Source: an uncultured virus (IMG/VR IMGVR_UViG_3300013108_000147)
Lineage: Duplodnaviria > Heunggongvirae > Uroviricota > Caudoviricetes > Crassvirales
IMG/VR virus record: IMGVR_UViG_3300013108_000147
Reading direction: 5' to 3' (one strand)
Length of the DNA stretch: 64,000 nucleotides
Shown: positions 1 to 8,706 of the stretch, piece by piece
How the letters are laid out: each line of letters opens with the position of its first letter
How positions within the stretch are numbered: the first letter of the stretch is position 1
Notes under the pieces: model-generated
Told to the model about the DNA's origin: nothing
The model's input: the letters and a program-made list of their open reading frames with translations, nothing else
Databases searched by the model: none
Position numbers and translations under genes: made by a program

Positions 1-11
1 GAAGCAATGAA

Positions 12-35
12 AAAGCAGCCCAAGTAGGCTGCTTT
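12..35. terminator. Intrinsic terminator-like hairpin downstream of ORF 60-1799
   Basis: AAAGCAGCC-caagta-GGCTGCTTT inverted repeat with A/T flanks. Confidence 0.6.
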
Positions 36-59
36 GTTGTAAAGTTACTAAATGAATTA

Positions 60-1799
60 TTATCTTTCCTTAACTGACCAAGTTGAATCTATTTCTAAAG
101 TACAGTTATCATCATCTAACAGGTTTGCTATCTGCCAAAATACAAAATCGTTCTGATTTAGTATAACAGAAGTCTGTCCTGACCAAATACCTACATCTCT
201 ACCTCCTTGAAAGTTGTTAACTGTCCTTACTTGAGAATAAACTGTAGTTGTAACAGCATTAGCATCTGTCTTCATTAAGAATAGTTCGTAATTATCGTTA
301 TTCTTACCGTCTATCAATAAATCCCAATTAACTGTAAACTCTCTAGGGTTAATACCTATATGTCTTAATCTACCCGCAGAAGGGCTGTCGAAATGTTGTA
401 AGTCTATCGTAGAAAAGTTTCCGTTTAAGTCCACTTGCACATTCTGAGCACTTATAACAGTCTGAACCTCAGCGTCGTTGTTTATAGCTCCGCCAACAAA
501 GGTATTAGCTATCCCTATATTGTTATCCCAATCACAAGGTAAATCAGCAGGGGATAAGTTAGGGAATATGTTACTGTCGTTTGCATCAAAAGCACCATCC
601 CTACTTAATATGGCCCCTTTAACCTGAATAGTTGAAGGATTTGGGAAGTTGGACACTTCAAAATCACAAAGTGGCGCTAACGTAGGTAAATCACAGTTAA
701 TATCAGTTAAAAACCTTGAGTTCATTTGGAATGCTACACCTTCTTTAAATAGTGGAGCAGTCATTGTGCCCGCTAAACTTCTAACAATACTTGTAGTTAT
801 TCTGTAACCACCTCTCCATAATCCGTGAAGCGTTAATGAAGGTGACCCTCCAAATCTACCTGTACCACTTTCTAACCCTTGCCTGTAATCATATATGTCC
901 CCTAAACTGGTACAGTTTATATAATTTATCCTAGCAAACTCAAAAGCATTGAATCCTGTACTATCATATAGCTCGTACACTTTAGAACCTGCTCCTGTAA
1001 CTGATACATAGTAGTCAGCACCTAACAAGTTACCACTACCTATAGCTATAGATTCAGAAACAAACATTGTGTAGTTATCTTCAGATGATGTAAGACCACT
1101 AATATCAAAAGATAGGCCTAATATAGTCATACCTGTAGGAGGCACAGTTATCTGTGTACTACCCATATCAATTATACCGTCTAAGAAATATTGCTTAGTT
1201 GAATCTATTGTACCACCTAAAGTAGTGTCTTTATTAGCTTGAGTAACTAATATTCTGTTATCTAAACCTCCCGCACTAAGTAAAAGGTTGTTAATTTCAT
1301 TAGCTATCGCGTTTCTATCTGACACCCACACAGAGCCATCCCAAACATACCAACCTTCAGGGTAGTAATTGCCTCCTAGTGTACCAGGTAGCCAAGCAGT
1401 ACCTTGAGAGTTTTCTACGTAAGCTATATCTCCTATCTCACTACCTGCAATCAGAGCTGAGTAATTATCAGCTTGCTGCTTTATAGGTATACCTCCACCA
1501 TCAGCGGCAAATACTATAGGGTTTAAGTATAATATTAAAGAGTCTAAATCACTAAACGTAGTTACACCGTCAGAGCTATACTCAGAAATAGGTCTCTCCC
1601 TAGTTATTACAGTTTGATTTTCATTTACACTACGTATCCCTACAGTTACTTCGCTCTTTATTACATTATCAGACGAATCTAATAAAATAGTTCCGTATGT
1701 TATAGTGTAGTCTCCTCTTCTATATTCTAGGCCGTCGACATTAAACAGAGTGTCTGCATCTACGGTACTAGCTTTTACAGTTATAAATTTCTTTGCCAT
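60..1799 (-). CDS. Putative virion/tail-fibre-type protein
   Basis: 579 aa, rich in G/S/T/D/N; 'GWYVWDGSVW' fibre-like motif; N-terminal ~95 aa resembles ORF 2715-3587. Confidence 0.5.
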   Translation of the reverse strand: MAKKFITVKASTVDADTLFNVDGLEYRRGDYTITYGTILLDSSDNVIKSEVTVGIRSVNENQTVITRERPISEYSSDGVTTFSDLDSLILYLNPIVFAADGGGIPIKQQADNYSALIAGSEIGDIAYVENSQGTAWLPGTLGGNYYPEGWYVWDGSVWVSDRNAIANEINNLLLSAGGLDNRILVTQANKDTTLGGTIDSTKQYFLDGIIDMGSTQITVPPTGMTILGLSFDISGLTSSEDNYTMFVSESIAIGSGNLLGADYYVSVTGAGSKVYELYDSTGFNAFEFARINYINCTSLGDIYDYRQGLESGTGRFGGSPSLTLHGLWRGGYRITTSIVRSLAGTMTAPLFKEGVAFQMNSRFLTDINCDLPTLAPLCDFEVSNFPNPSTIQVKGAILSRDGAFDANDSNIFPNLSPADLPCDWDNNIGIANTFVGGAINNDAEVQTVISAQNVQVDLNGNFSTIDLQHFDSPSAGRLRHIGINPREFTVNWDLLIDGKNNDNYELFLMKTDANAVTTTVYSQVRTVNNFQGGRDVGIWSGQTSVILNQNDFVFWQIANLLDDDNCTLEIDSTWSVKER

Positions 1800-1828
1800 T
1801 ATTATCTTGTTTAGTGTGTGTTATCTAG

Positions 1829-1836
1829 CAAAGATA
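1829..1836 (-). promoter_or_regulatory. Bacteroidota -7 promoter element for ORF 60-1799
   Basis: Reverse complement TATCTTTG fits TAnnTTTG, about 30 nt upstream of the ATG. Confidence 0.55.
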
Positions 1837-1889
1837 CTAAAAAAATACGAGGTAAATAAAAACTATTTTACTGTAAAGTTTGTTAAACG

Positions 1890-1921
1890 TTTGGAATTGT
1901 CAAATATATTTCGTATGTTTG
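1890..1921 (+). promoter_or_regulatory. Bacteroidota housekeeping promoter (-33 TTTG / -7 TATGTTTG) for the recombinase
   Basis: TTTG at 1890-1893, 20-nt spacer, TATGTTTG at 1914-1921. Confidence 0.65.
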
Positions 1922-1948
1922 TAAAACACAAATAAAAAACACACTATT

Positions 1949-2653
1949 ATGCAGAACACAAATTACGTTATTTACTACAGAGCTAGTACAGAGAAACAAA
2001 GAGATGGTTTAGGATTAGACGCGCAAAAGGCAGCGATAAGCAAATTCTTAAATAACTACGGAGGCACAATCGTAGATATAGTAGAAGAGATTGTGTCAGG
2101 TGGAGCAGACGTAAGAGAAGGTTTTAACCAAGCTTTAAAAGTAGCTAAAGAAACAAGCTCTACTTTATTAGTACACAGAATAGATAGATTATCTAGGTCA
2201 GGATTCATGACCATAGCTTTATTAGAGCAAGAAGGAGTTAACTTCATAGAAGCTGACGCGCCTAATGACTCTAGTTTCTCTAAAAACATTAAGTTCTTAG
2301 TAGCTAAAGAGGAGAAAGAGAAAATCCAAGCTAGGGTTAAAGGAGCTCTATCAGAAATTAAAACTAAGATAGGTCAGAATGGATATCACATCTCTAAAGC
2401 AGGTAATAAGATTACATCTTTAGGCTCTCCTCAAAACTTATCAGAAGTGTCTAGACAAAAGTCAATAGTGTCAAGAAGAAACAAAGCTCTTAACAATATT
2501 AATAATAAGAAGGCTTACTCTGTAGTAGAGTTAATGGAAGGTAAATCTCTAAGAGCTATAGCAACATACCTTAACAATAACGGATTCAAAACATCTAGAG
2601 GTAAGGACTTCAGCGCCTCTCAAGTATCTAACCTACGTAAGCTTTACTCTTAA
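1949..2653 (+). CDS. Serine recombinase (resolvase/invertase catalytic domain plus short C-terminal DNA-binding region)
   Basis: YYRASTEKQ catalytic Ser motif, 'EIVSG', 'HRIDRLSR'; C-terminal 'LRAIATYLNNNGFKTSRG'. Confidence 0.9.
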   Translation: MQNTNYVIYYRASTEKQRDGLGLDAQKAAISKFLNNYGGTIVDIVEEIVSGGADVREGFNQALKVAKETSSTLLVHRIDRLSRSGFMTIALLEQEGVNFIEADAPNDSSFSKNIKFLVAKEEKEKIQARVKGALSEIKTKIGQNGYHISKAGNKITSLGSPQNLSEVSRQKSIVSRRNKALNNINNKKAYSVVELMEGKSLRAIATYLNNNGFKTSRGKDFSASQVSNLRKLYS

Positions 2654-2691
2654 GGGGTACTTGCACATATAAAATAAAAGTTGTATCTTTA
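2652..2691 (+). repeat. 40-bp promoter-containing direct repeat, copy 1
   Basis: 35/40 identical to 4241-4280. Confidence 0.85.
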
Positions 2692-2714
2692 CCTCTAATA
2701 TAAAAATATAAAAT

Positions 2715-3587
2715 ATGGCAGTATTAAAAGCAGGAGCAGCAAGCTCCACATTCAATTTAGATGGTAACGAGTATTCTAAAGGTTTATACGAAACTATCTA
2801 CAGTAACGTAAGTATCTTACCTGACGGAGAGTCAGATGAAAAGGTGCTTCAAGTAGGTCTACGAAACATAAATACAGGCGAGACTATCCAAGAGCCTATA
2901 ATGATTAGGGCTTGGAAAAATGGTAGTAATGTAGCTTACACTACACTAGACGCCTTGATATCAGATTTAAACTCTTTGGCAGGTGTAGGTTCTTCGGGGC
3001 CTTTAGAAGTACCGACATCCTACCCAACAACAGACGCAGCTAAGGCCGGCAAGACCTTTATATATAAAGGTACGCAGTGGGTGTATCTAAATCAAGAAAT
3101 GATTAACGACAGAAATTGGCAAAACATAGCTGCAGTAAGTGTAGGATTCCCTGCTCCACTTGAAGATAGTAGAACAAACTATAAAGTTGTCAGACCAACT
3201 GCATCAGCTTGGAACGTATCGGGAGTAGCAGATTTCGAATTGGCCAATTATAACTACGTAAATGGTACAGGTGGTGACGTAGAATTTGACGCTATAGGTT
3301 ACTCCTCTGTACATTTAATGCAATCATTGTCCGTCAATATAGGTGCAGGTAATACTTTAGTAAAACTTAGAAACGTAGGTCTATGTGCTAATTTAGAAGA
3401 CGTAGGGACAAGTTCCGCCATGTACTTATCGTCCAAAGGTATGAGTGCAGCCACTATAGACGACATATTTACTCAGTTACCTGCAACAACAAAAACAGCG
3501 ACAATTGACGTAAGGTCTAACCCAGGTTCAGCAACTTGCGACGCCTCAATAGCAACAGCGAAAGGGTACACAGTAGTGACAGCTTAA
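2715..3587 (+). CDS. Putative virion accessory protein
   Basis: 290 aa; N-terminus resembles ORF 60-1799. Confidence 0.45.
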   Translation: MAVLKAGAASSTFNLDGNEYSKGLYETIYSNVSILPDGESDEKVLQVGLRNINTGETIQEPIMIRAWKNGSNVAYTTLDALISDLNSLAGVGSSGPLEVPTSYPTTDAAKAGKTFIYKGTQWVYLNQEMINDRNWQNIAAVSVGFPAPLEDSRTNYKVVRPTASAWNVSGVADFELANYNYVNGTGGDVEFDAIGYSSVHLMQSLSVNIGAGNTLVKLRNVGLCANLEDVGTSSAMYLSSKGMSAATIDDIFTQLPATTKTATIDVRSNPGSATCDASIATAKGYTVVTA

Positions 3588-3589
3588 TT

Positions 3590-4237
3590 ATGAATTTATA
3601 CTCAGTAGCAATAGGGAAGAAGTACGAAATTGAAGCTAAGAGACTTCAAGACAGTATGGAACCACTAGATGTAACAGTACTTACAGAAAGAGACGTAGAG
3701 AGAAAAAGCGAAGACAATTTGATTAATGGGTTATACCATAAGTCAAACTTCGCTAATTACATAGATGGTGTAGAAGGCCCTATAGTCTTTCAAGACGCAG
3801 ATATGTTCACTCTATCAGATAACCCTTTTAAAGATTTTAAAGTTAAAGAAGACACGGAGCTTGCTTACGTACCTTACGAGGGTACGTGGCACCTCCCTGA
3901 CGAAATCAGACAGAGCGCTTTCAATTACCACGGGCATAAGATAAATAGTGGTTTCATGTACTTTAAAGACTTAGAGGTAGCTCAAAAGATTTGTAACCAA
4001 TGGCGATACGAATATCTTGAAAGAGAGAAGTTGTACGATGTTTTTAAAGGTACAAGTAAGTATGAGTACGACGAGTGGGCTTTAATGATAGCTTTACAGA
4101 AACTAGATAGTATAAAGGTAGAGTTGTTAGACAGCAAGTGGAACGATTGGTCTTTAAACTTAGGTGACGAGATAGTCGATAATACCTCTATATTCCTACA
4201 GAGTCACGGGCACTTAGACATATTAAAAAGCGAGTAG
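3590..4237 (+). CDS. GT-A fold glycosyltransferase-like protein
   Basis: DxD motif 'VFQDADMF', 'INSGFMYF', 'YDEWAL', 'LDSKWN' (GT8-like); ATG at 3590 preferred over the track start 3536. Confidence 0.7.
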   Translation: MNLYSVAIGKKYEIEAKRLQDSMEPLDVTVLTERDVERKSEDNLINGLYHKSNFANYIDGVEGPIVFQDADMFTLSDNPFKDFKVKEDTELAYVPYEGTWHLPDEIRQSAFNYHGHKINSGFMYFKDLEVAQKICNQWRYEYLEREKLYDVFKGTSKYEYDEWALMIALQKLDSIKVELLDSKWNDWSLNLGDEIVDNTSIFLQSHGHLDILKSE

Positions 4238-4240
4238 CTA

Positions 4241-4280
4241 AAGGGGTGCTTGCATATATAAAATAAAAGACGTATATTTA
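4241..4280 (+). repeat. 40-bp promoter-containing direct repeat, copy 2
   Basis: 35/40 identical to 2652-2691. Confidence 0.85.
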
Positions 4281-4310
4281 TAAAATAATTAATTTTTAAA
4301 CAACAATTTT

Positions 4311-4850
4311 ATGAGAAAAGGAATATCAGCATTCTCTTATCTACCGCCACTAGAAATCTTTTTAGATGATTTCTCGCCTTGTAGCACAGAGTCTATTATA
4401 ACAGCTTTAGAGCACTTAGCTCAAGAACAAGCTAAAGGATTAGTTGACGGAACTTACAGCGAAACGCTTAGCATGAACACACCGTATACCACTTGTCAGT
4501 GGGGATATATAGTTCAGTTAGGTAACGTTGCAGGAGACGTAGCTGTAGTTAGTGTAGGAGAGAACACACAAGATACTGACGCAATAGGCAGAGCAGGATT
4601 AACAACTAGAAGAAAGGTCGACGTAGGTACTACAGTAACAGGACAGGAGTACACTATCAGGTCTCTAATAGCAGCTATAAACTTCATAGAGAAGTTAGAA
4701 GACGAGGTTGCTGAGACAGGTTCTGACACAAGTACAGACGGGACTTACACAGACGTTTTATTATCAGGGCCAACTCCTTATAGACAATACAAGTGGACTA
4801 TTACAAAGTTAGGTATAGTTTACACAATAACACCAACAACAGAAAGCTAA
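4311..4850 (+). CDS. Hypothetical protein, probable paralogue of 4855-5394
   Basis: 179 aa ORF with shared motifs. Confidence 0.6.
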   Translation: MRKGISAFSYLPPLEIFLDDFSPCSTESIITALEHLAQEQAKGLVDGTYSETLSMNTPYTTCQWGYIVQLGNVAGDVAVVSVGENTQDTDAIGRAGLTTRRKVDVGTTVTGQEYTIRSLIAAINFIEKLEDEVAETGSDTSTDGTYTDVLLSGPTPYRQYKWTITKLGIVYTITPTTES

Positions 4851-4854
4851 GATT

Positions 4855-5394
4855 ATGAGTATAAAGAAAACAAACGCATTACAAGGCTCACAAGCCTTTA
4901 AGCAAAGATGGCAAATCGGAGATTATCACCCAATAGAGGCTTACGAAGCTTTAGCGCATTTTGTGCAGGTTTGGTCAGACGAAGGGAAAGTAGGAGAAGA
5001 CCAAGATGAAGTTCTTCACCCTGCAGGTAAGAGACCAGGTACAGTAGTATCTATTTCTACATCTTACGACGGAGCTACGCAGAGACAGGATTTTGTAATT
5101 GAGAACGGCCCTGCACCGGCAGGTTATAGTTTTGAACTTAACTCTAAAAACAGAGATATTAAGATTGTTCTTGGCACAGGTACATATTCTTCAGACGCAA
5201 TAACGGCTTTTCTTAAAGCTGTAAAAAAGATGGAGAAACAAGGGAAAGTTAAGAATAACTATTTTATTGGCGCAGGCGCAGATATACAAATAGAGTGTAA
5301 AGGTAAGAACCCTTTTAAAACGTATACTTGGGAGTATACTAAAGGCGGAACTAACGGAGAAGATTACACAGCTATCTATATCGGAGAAAACTAA
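4855..5394 (+). CDS. Hypothetical protein, probable paralogue of 4311-4850
   Basis: 179 aa ORF. Confidence 0.6.
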   Translation: MSIKKTNALQGSQAFKQRWQIGDYHPIEAYEALAHFVQVWSDEGKVGEDQDEVLHPAGKRPGTVVSISTSYDGATQRQDFVIENGPAPAGYSFELNSKNRDIKIVLGTGTYSSDAITAFLKAVKKMEKQGKVKNNYFIGAGADIQIECKGKNPFKTYTWEYTKGGTNGEDYTAIYIGEN

Positions 5395-5418
5395 TAGGTT
5401 AATATTAGATATATACTT

Positions 5419-5449
5419 AAGAGAGGTGGGCTTTGCTCACCTTTTCTTA
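5419..5449 (+). terminator. Intrinsic terminator-like hairpin
   Basis: AGAGGTGGGC-ttt-GCTCACCTTT followed by a T-rich tract. Confidence 0.55.
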
Positions 5450-5485
5450 TTTGCATAAGTCAAATATTTTTCTTATATTTACATT

Positions 5486-6034
5486 ATGGACGATAAGCAA
5501 AACGAAAGAAGAAGGCATGAAGAGGGAAGTTTGCACCAAAGGGTTGCAAACAACCTCTCTATACGTAGAGCACCTCTGAAAAAACAGAAAGCTATGCGAG
5601 AAAAGGTTAAAGTGTCTAAAGCTGACTATACGTTTCTTCAGTATAGTTATTTAATTTGGAAGTGGGCAATAGCTAATCACGGACTAACTAATAGGGGTAT
5701 AAACGTTTTATTATACCTACACCCACTAATAGCCTTTGAGTATAGGGACTTTAAGTTAGCCCTAAAAGAGTTAGGCTCAACCGACCACAGTACATTTGGT
5801 AAGATGAAAAAGGAAGGTTGGATAAAGTTATGGAGTAAGGATGAAAACAAGAACTTCTACTGCTTAACACCTAAAGCTAATACACTTATAGCTAGAATGC
5901 ACAGAATGCATATGATGGAGGAACAAATACCGATGTCACCTAGAAGAAACGTACTAGCGAAAGAAGAAACTAAAAAAGATAAAGACTTAATGAAATTATT
6001 CAAGAAGTTTAACGAGAAAGTAAAAAATAAGTAA
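5486..6034 (+). CDS. Putative winged-helix DNA-binding protein
   Basis: Basic 182 aa; 'LTNRGINVLLYL...KEGWIK...YCLTPKA' MarR-like wHTH pattern. Confidence 0.45.
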   Translation: MDDKQNERRRHEEGSLHQRVANNLSIRRAPLKKQKAMREKVKVSKADYTFLQYSYLIWKWAIANHGLTNRGINVLLYLHPLIAFEYRDFKLALKELGSTDHSTFGKMKKEGWIKLWSKDENKNFYCLTPKANTLIARMHRMHMMEEQIPMSPRRNVLAKEETKKDKDLMKLFKKFNEKVKNK

Positions 6035-6035
6035 T

Positions 6036-6371
6036 ATGGTAGCAAGTAGAGAGTTAGCTAGAAAAATCCACAAAGATTTTATAAATAGAGGTTGCAAAGA
6101 GTTTAGTAGCACGTGGGAAAACTTAGACCCTGCAGATAAAGAGTTTTTTGTAGGCGCTATGACATACGTACTAGAAGAGGATAAACCCTTAGCATCAGAT
6201 ATACATGATTTTTGGTTAGACTACATGATAGACAAAGGGTGGGTTTTCGCTAAAAACCTTGATACGGGAGAAAAGTTTTCACCAATGATGCGTAACTACA
6301 GAGCTTTAGATAAAGAGTCTAGAAAGAGGTACACAGCCTTCTTTAGTAATAGACCCGCTAAAGTAAACTAA
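6036..6371 (+). CDS. Hypothetical protein (RyR-domain-like)
   Basis: 'IHDFWLDYMIDKGWVFA...PMMRNYRAL' resembles the phage RyR-repeat pattern. Confidence 0.45.
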   Translation: MVASRELARKIHKDFINRGCKEFSSTWENLDPADKEFFVGAMTYVLEEDKPLASDIHDFWLDYMIDKGWVFAKNLDTGEKFSPMMRNYRALDKESRKRYTAFFSNRPAKVN

Positions 6372-6390
6372 TAGTAACAAGATAAATATC

Positions 6391-6428
6391 AAAGGGCTTA
6401 CATGTAAAATGTAGGCCTTTTATTTTTT
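6391..6428 (+). terminator. Terminator-like hairpin immediately followed by a TATATTTG promoter (6431-6438)
   Basis: AAAGGGCTTACAT...ATGTAGGCCTTT plus T-tract. Confidence 0.5.
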
Positions 6429-6455
6429 AGTATATTTGTACAAAACTATATCCAT

Positions 6456-6746
6456 ATGCCACCTAAGAAGAAAAAATACAGTGAACTTAGTAAGACAGCT
6501 AAGTATTATAGAAATAATCCTGAAGCTCGCAAGAAGAAAGCTAAGACAGATACAAAGATAAATTCTAGACCTGAACAAAGAAGAAAAAGGAGAGAGTTAG
6601 AGAAGAAGAGGCAAGAAGCTAGAAGAAAAGGTGTTGATACATCTAAGTCAGACTACGACCACGCAGTTGGCAGGAGAGTAGCTGTTAGTACGAATAGAGG
6701 AAGAAAAGAAAAATCAAGACTAAAAGGCTCTAAGAGAAATGGGTAG
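6456..6746 (+). CDS. Small basic protein, degenerate HNH-like
   Basis: Lys/Arg-rich; 'DYDH...STNRGR'. Confidence 0.45.
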   Translation: MPPKKKKYSELSKTAKYYRNNPEARKKKAKTDTKINSRPEQRRKRRELEKKRQEARRKGVDTSKSDYDHAVGRRVAVSTNRGRKEKSRLKGSKRNG

Positions 6747-7506
6747 AATTAAAGACATAGTTGTAGACAAGCCCGGCTCTAGGAAAGATTTAGTAGTAGG
6801 TTCAGATTTCGACAATTTCGGGGTAACTAGAAACTATGGTTTAGGGGGAATAGCGGACGTTATAAACAGAGCGTCAGGTAAGTCTGTTTTTATATATAAG
6901 TACACGGAAACCTTATCAGAGCTAGACACAAAAAACGCTGTGATGTCATCTGTAAACGGAGATTTAGATTCTGCTACAGTAACATCGTACAGGTTTAGTA
7001 GGATAGATGATAACGGTAATGACTTAAGTGATATAGTTACTATATATGAACCTAATTCAGACGGAATTGTCTTACAGATTACTTCTGTAGAAGACGCATC
7101 TAAGATAGCTGCGTATACTATAGTATCAGCAACTACAACAACAAACTATGTTGAGATTCAAGTACTTAAGTACAGAGACTTAACAACAGCAATTTTTGAA
7201 AGGAATAAAGAGTTTTCTTTATCTTTCGATTATGTAAACAACAACCTTAATGTTACAGAAGCCACTAATACTTCTCAGTTAGTAAATGACGGAGAAAGTG
7301 GTAACCCGTTCATATCGGCCTACACACACTCTCAAGGTTTACCCAACAATGTGTGGACAATAAACCACAACTTAGGCAGAAGGCCTTCGGTTAACGTGGC
7401 AGACTCAGCAGGAACCCTTATGGAAGGGGCAGTCGAGTATATAGATGAAAACAATTTAACAATAACCTTTAATAATGGCTTCTCAGGAGAAGCGCACTTA
7501 AATTAA
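6739..7506 (+). CDS. Putative structural/tail protein
   Basis: N-terminal 'VVGSD...TRNY' motif shared with 11584; C-terminal 'WTINHNLG' module. Confidence 0.55.
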   Translation: MGRIKDIVVDKPGSRKDLVVGSDFDNFGVTRNYGLGGIADVINRASGKSVFIYKYTETLSELDTKNAVMSSVNGDLDSATVTSYRFSRIDDNGNDLSDIVTIYEPNSDGIVLQITSVEDASKIAAYTIVSATTTTNYVEIQVLKYRDLTTAIFERNKEFSLSFDYVNNNLNVTEATNTSQLVNDGESGNPFISAYTHSQGLPNNVWTINHNLGRRPSVNVADSAGTLMEGAVEYIDENNLTITFNNGFSGEAHLN

Positions 7507-7512
7507 TAAATA

Positions 7513-8697
7513 ATGGCATTAAAAAGATTTTTAGTAGATATAGATTTAAACAAGAATCAACTGCTTAACGCAGTATTGCAAAACTTAGCTACACCTCCAT
7601 CTAACCCATCAGAAGCTCAGATGTATTACGATACAGCTGATGACACAGCTTATATATGGGATGGTACACAATGGTTAGATTTAGCTAAATTACAAAACGC
7701 ATCTGAAGTACCTTTTACACCAACAGGTAACACAGTGTCAACTGACGTACAAGCAGCTATAGAAGAGTTACAAACAGAGATAGACACTATTTCAGGTTTT
7801 TCAGGTAACACCAACCTTAGCAACACACCTACAGCTACTCAAGTAACAGTTGAATCAGACACAGGTAATAATACTGTAATAGCAGCAGCTACAAATTCTG
7901 ATGCCGGTGTAATGTCAGCGTCAGACAAATCTAAACTAGACGGTATAGAAGCTTTAGCAGACGTTACAGACTCAACAAATGTAGATGCAGCAGGAGCGGT
8001 AATGAATTCAGATACTTCTACTTCAGCTATGAACTTTGTTATAGACGAGGACGACATGTCATCTAACACTAATACTAAGGTGCCTACACAACAGTCCGTA
8101 AAAGCTTATGTAGATAGTCAAGTTACAGGGTCGTTAGTGTTTATGGGGGACTATAACGCGTCTACTAACACACCTGACTTAGAAAGTGGCTCAGGAGTTT
8201 CTGTAGGTGACACATACGTAGTCACTGTAGCAGGTAACTTTTTCACAGAGGCAGTACAAGTTGGTGATATGGTGATAGCCAAAGAAGCTTCAGCTAACAC
8301 ACTCGCTAAGTGGTCTGTAGTTAATAAGAACATACCTGACATAGTTGACGCATCGACAACATCTAAAGGTATAATAGAGTTGGCTACACAAACAGAGGTT
8401 AATACAGGTACTGATGCTGATAGAGCTGTAACACCTGCAACATTAGCGGGAACACTTGGTGTAACAGGTTCTCTTTCAACAGTATTAACATATACAGAGT
8501 TAATAGGGGACAACTCCTCTACATCAATAGTAGTGACTCACAGTATTGGCAATCAGCATGTTCAGTCTCAAGTATTTGACGCTACTACAGGAGATAAAGT
8601 TATCTGTGAAATAGAAAATACAAGCACTAACACTACAACATTTAAGTTTAACGTAGCCCCAACTACAAATGAACTAAGAGTAGTTATACAAGGATAG
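7513..8697 (+). CDS. Putative tail fibre protein
   Basis: 'DVQAAIEEL', 'GVMSASDKSKLDGIE', 'VPTQQSVKAYVD', 'KGIIELATQTEV...AVTP' fibre repeat motifs. Confidence 0.7.
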   Translation: MALKRFLVDIDLNKNQLLNAVLQNLATPPSNPSEAQMYYDTADDTAYIWDGTQWLDLAKLQNASEVPFTPTGNTVSTDVQAAIEELQTEIDTISGFSGNTNLSNTPTATQVTVESDTGNNTVIAAATNSDAGVMSASDKSKLDGIEALADVTDSTNVDAAGAVMNSDTSTSAMNFVIDEDDMSSNTNTKVPTQQSVKAYVDSQVTGSLVFMGDYNASTNTPDLESGSGVSVGDTYVVTVAGNFFTEAVQVGDMVIAKEASANTLAKWSVVNKNIPDIVDASTTSKGIIELATQTEVNTGTDADRAVTPATLAGTLGVTGSLSTVLTYTELIGDNSSTSIVVTHSIGNQHVQSQVFDATTGDKVICEIENTSTNTTTFKFNVAPTTNELRVVIQG

Positions 8698-8706
8698 TAT
8701 TACAAT

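Noticed and set aside
38..1880. TGTAAAGTT 9-mer on both sides of ORF 60-1799 as recombination sites
   Set aside because: Too short and AT-rich to distinguish from chance, and it is in direct rather than inverted orientation.
1949..2653. Serine recombinase as the integrase for the attC-like array, or as a prophage integrase
   Set aside because: GTT/AAC hairpin sites are substrates of IntI tyrosine recombinases, and at 234 aa this protein is too short for a large serine integrase. A role is not formally excluded.
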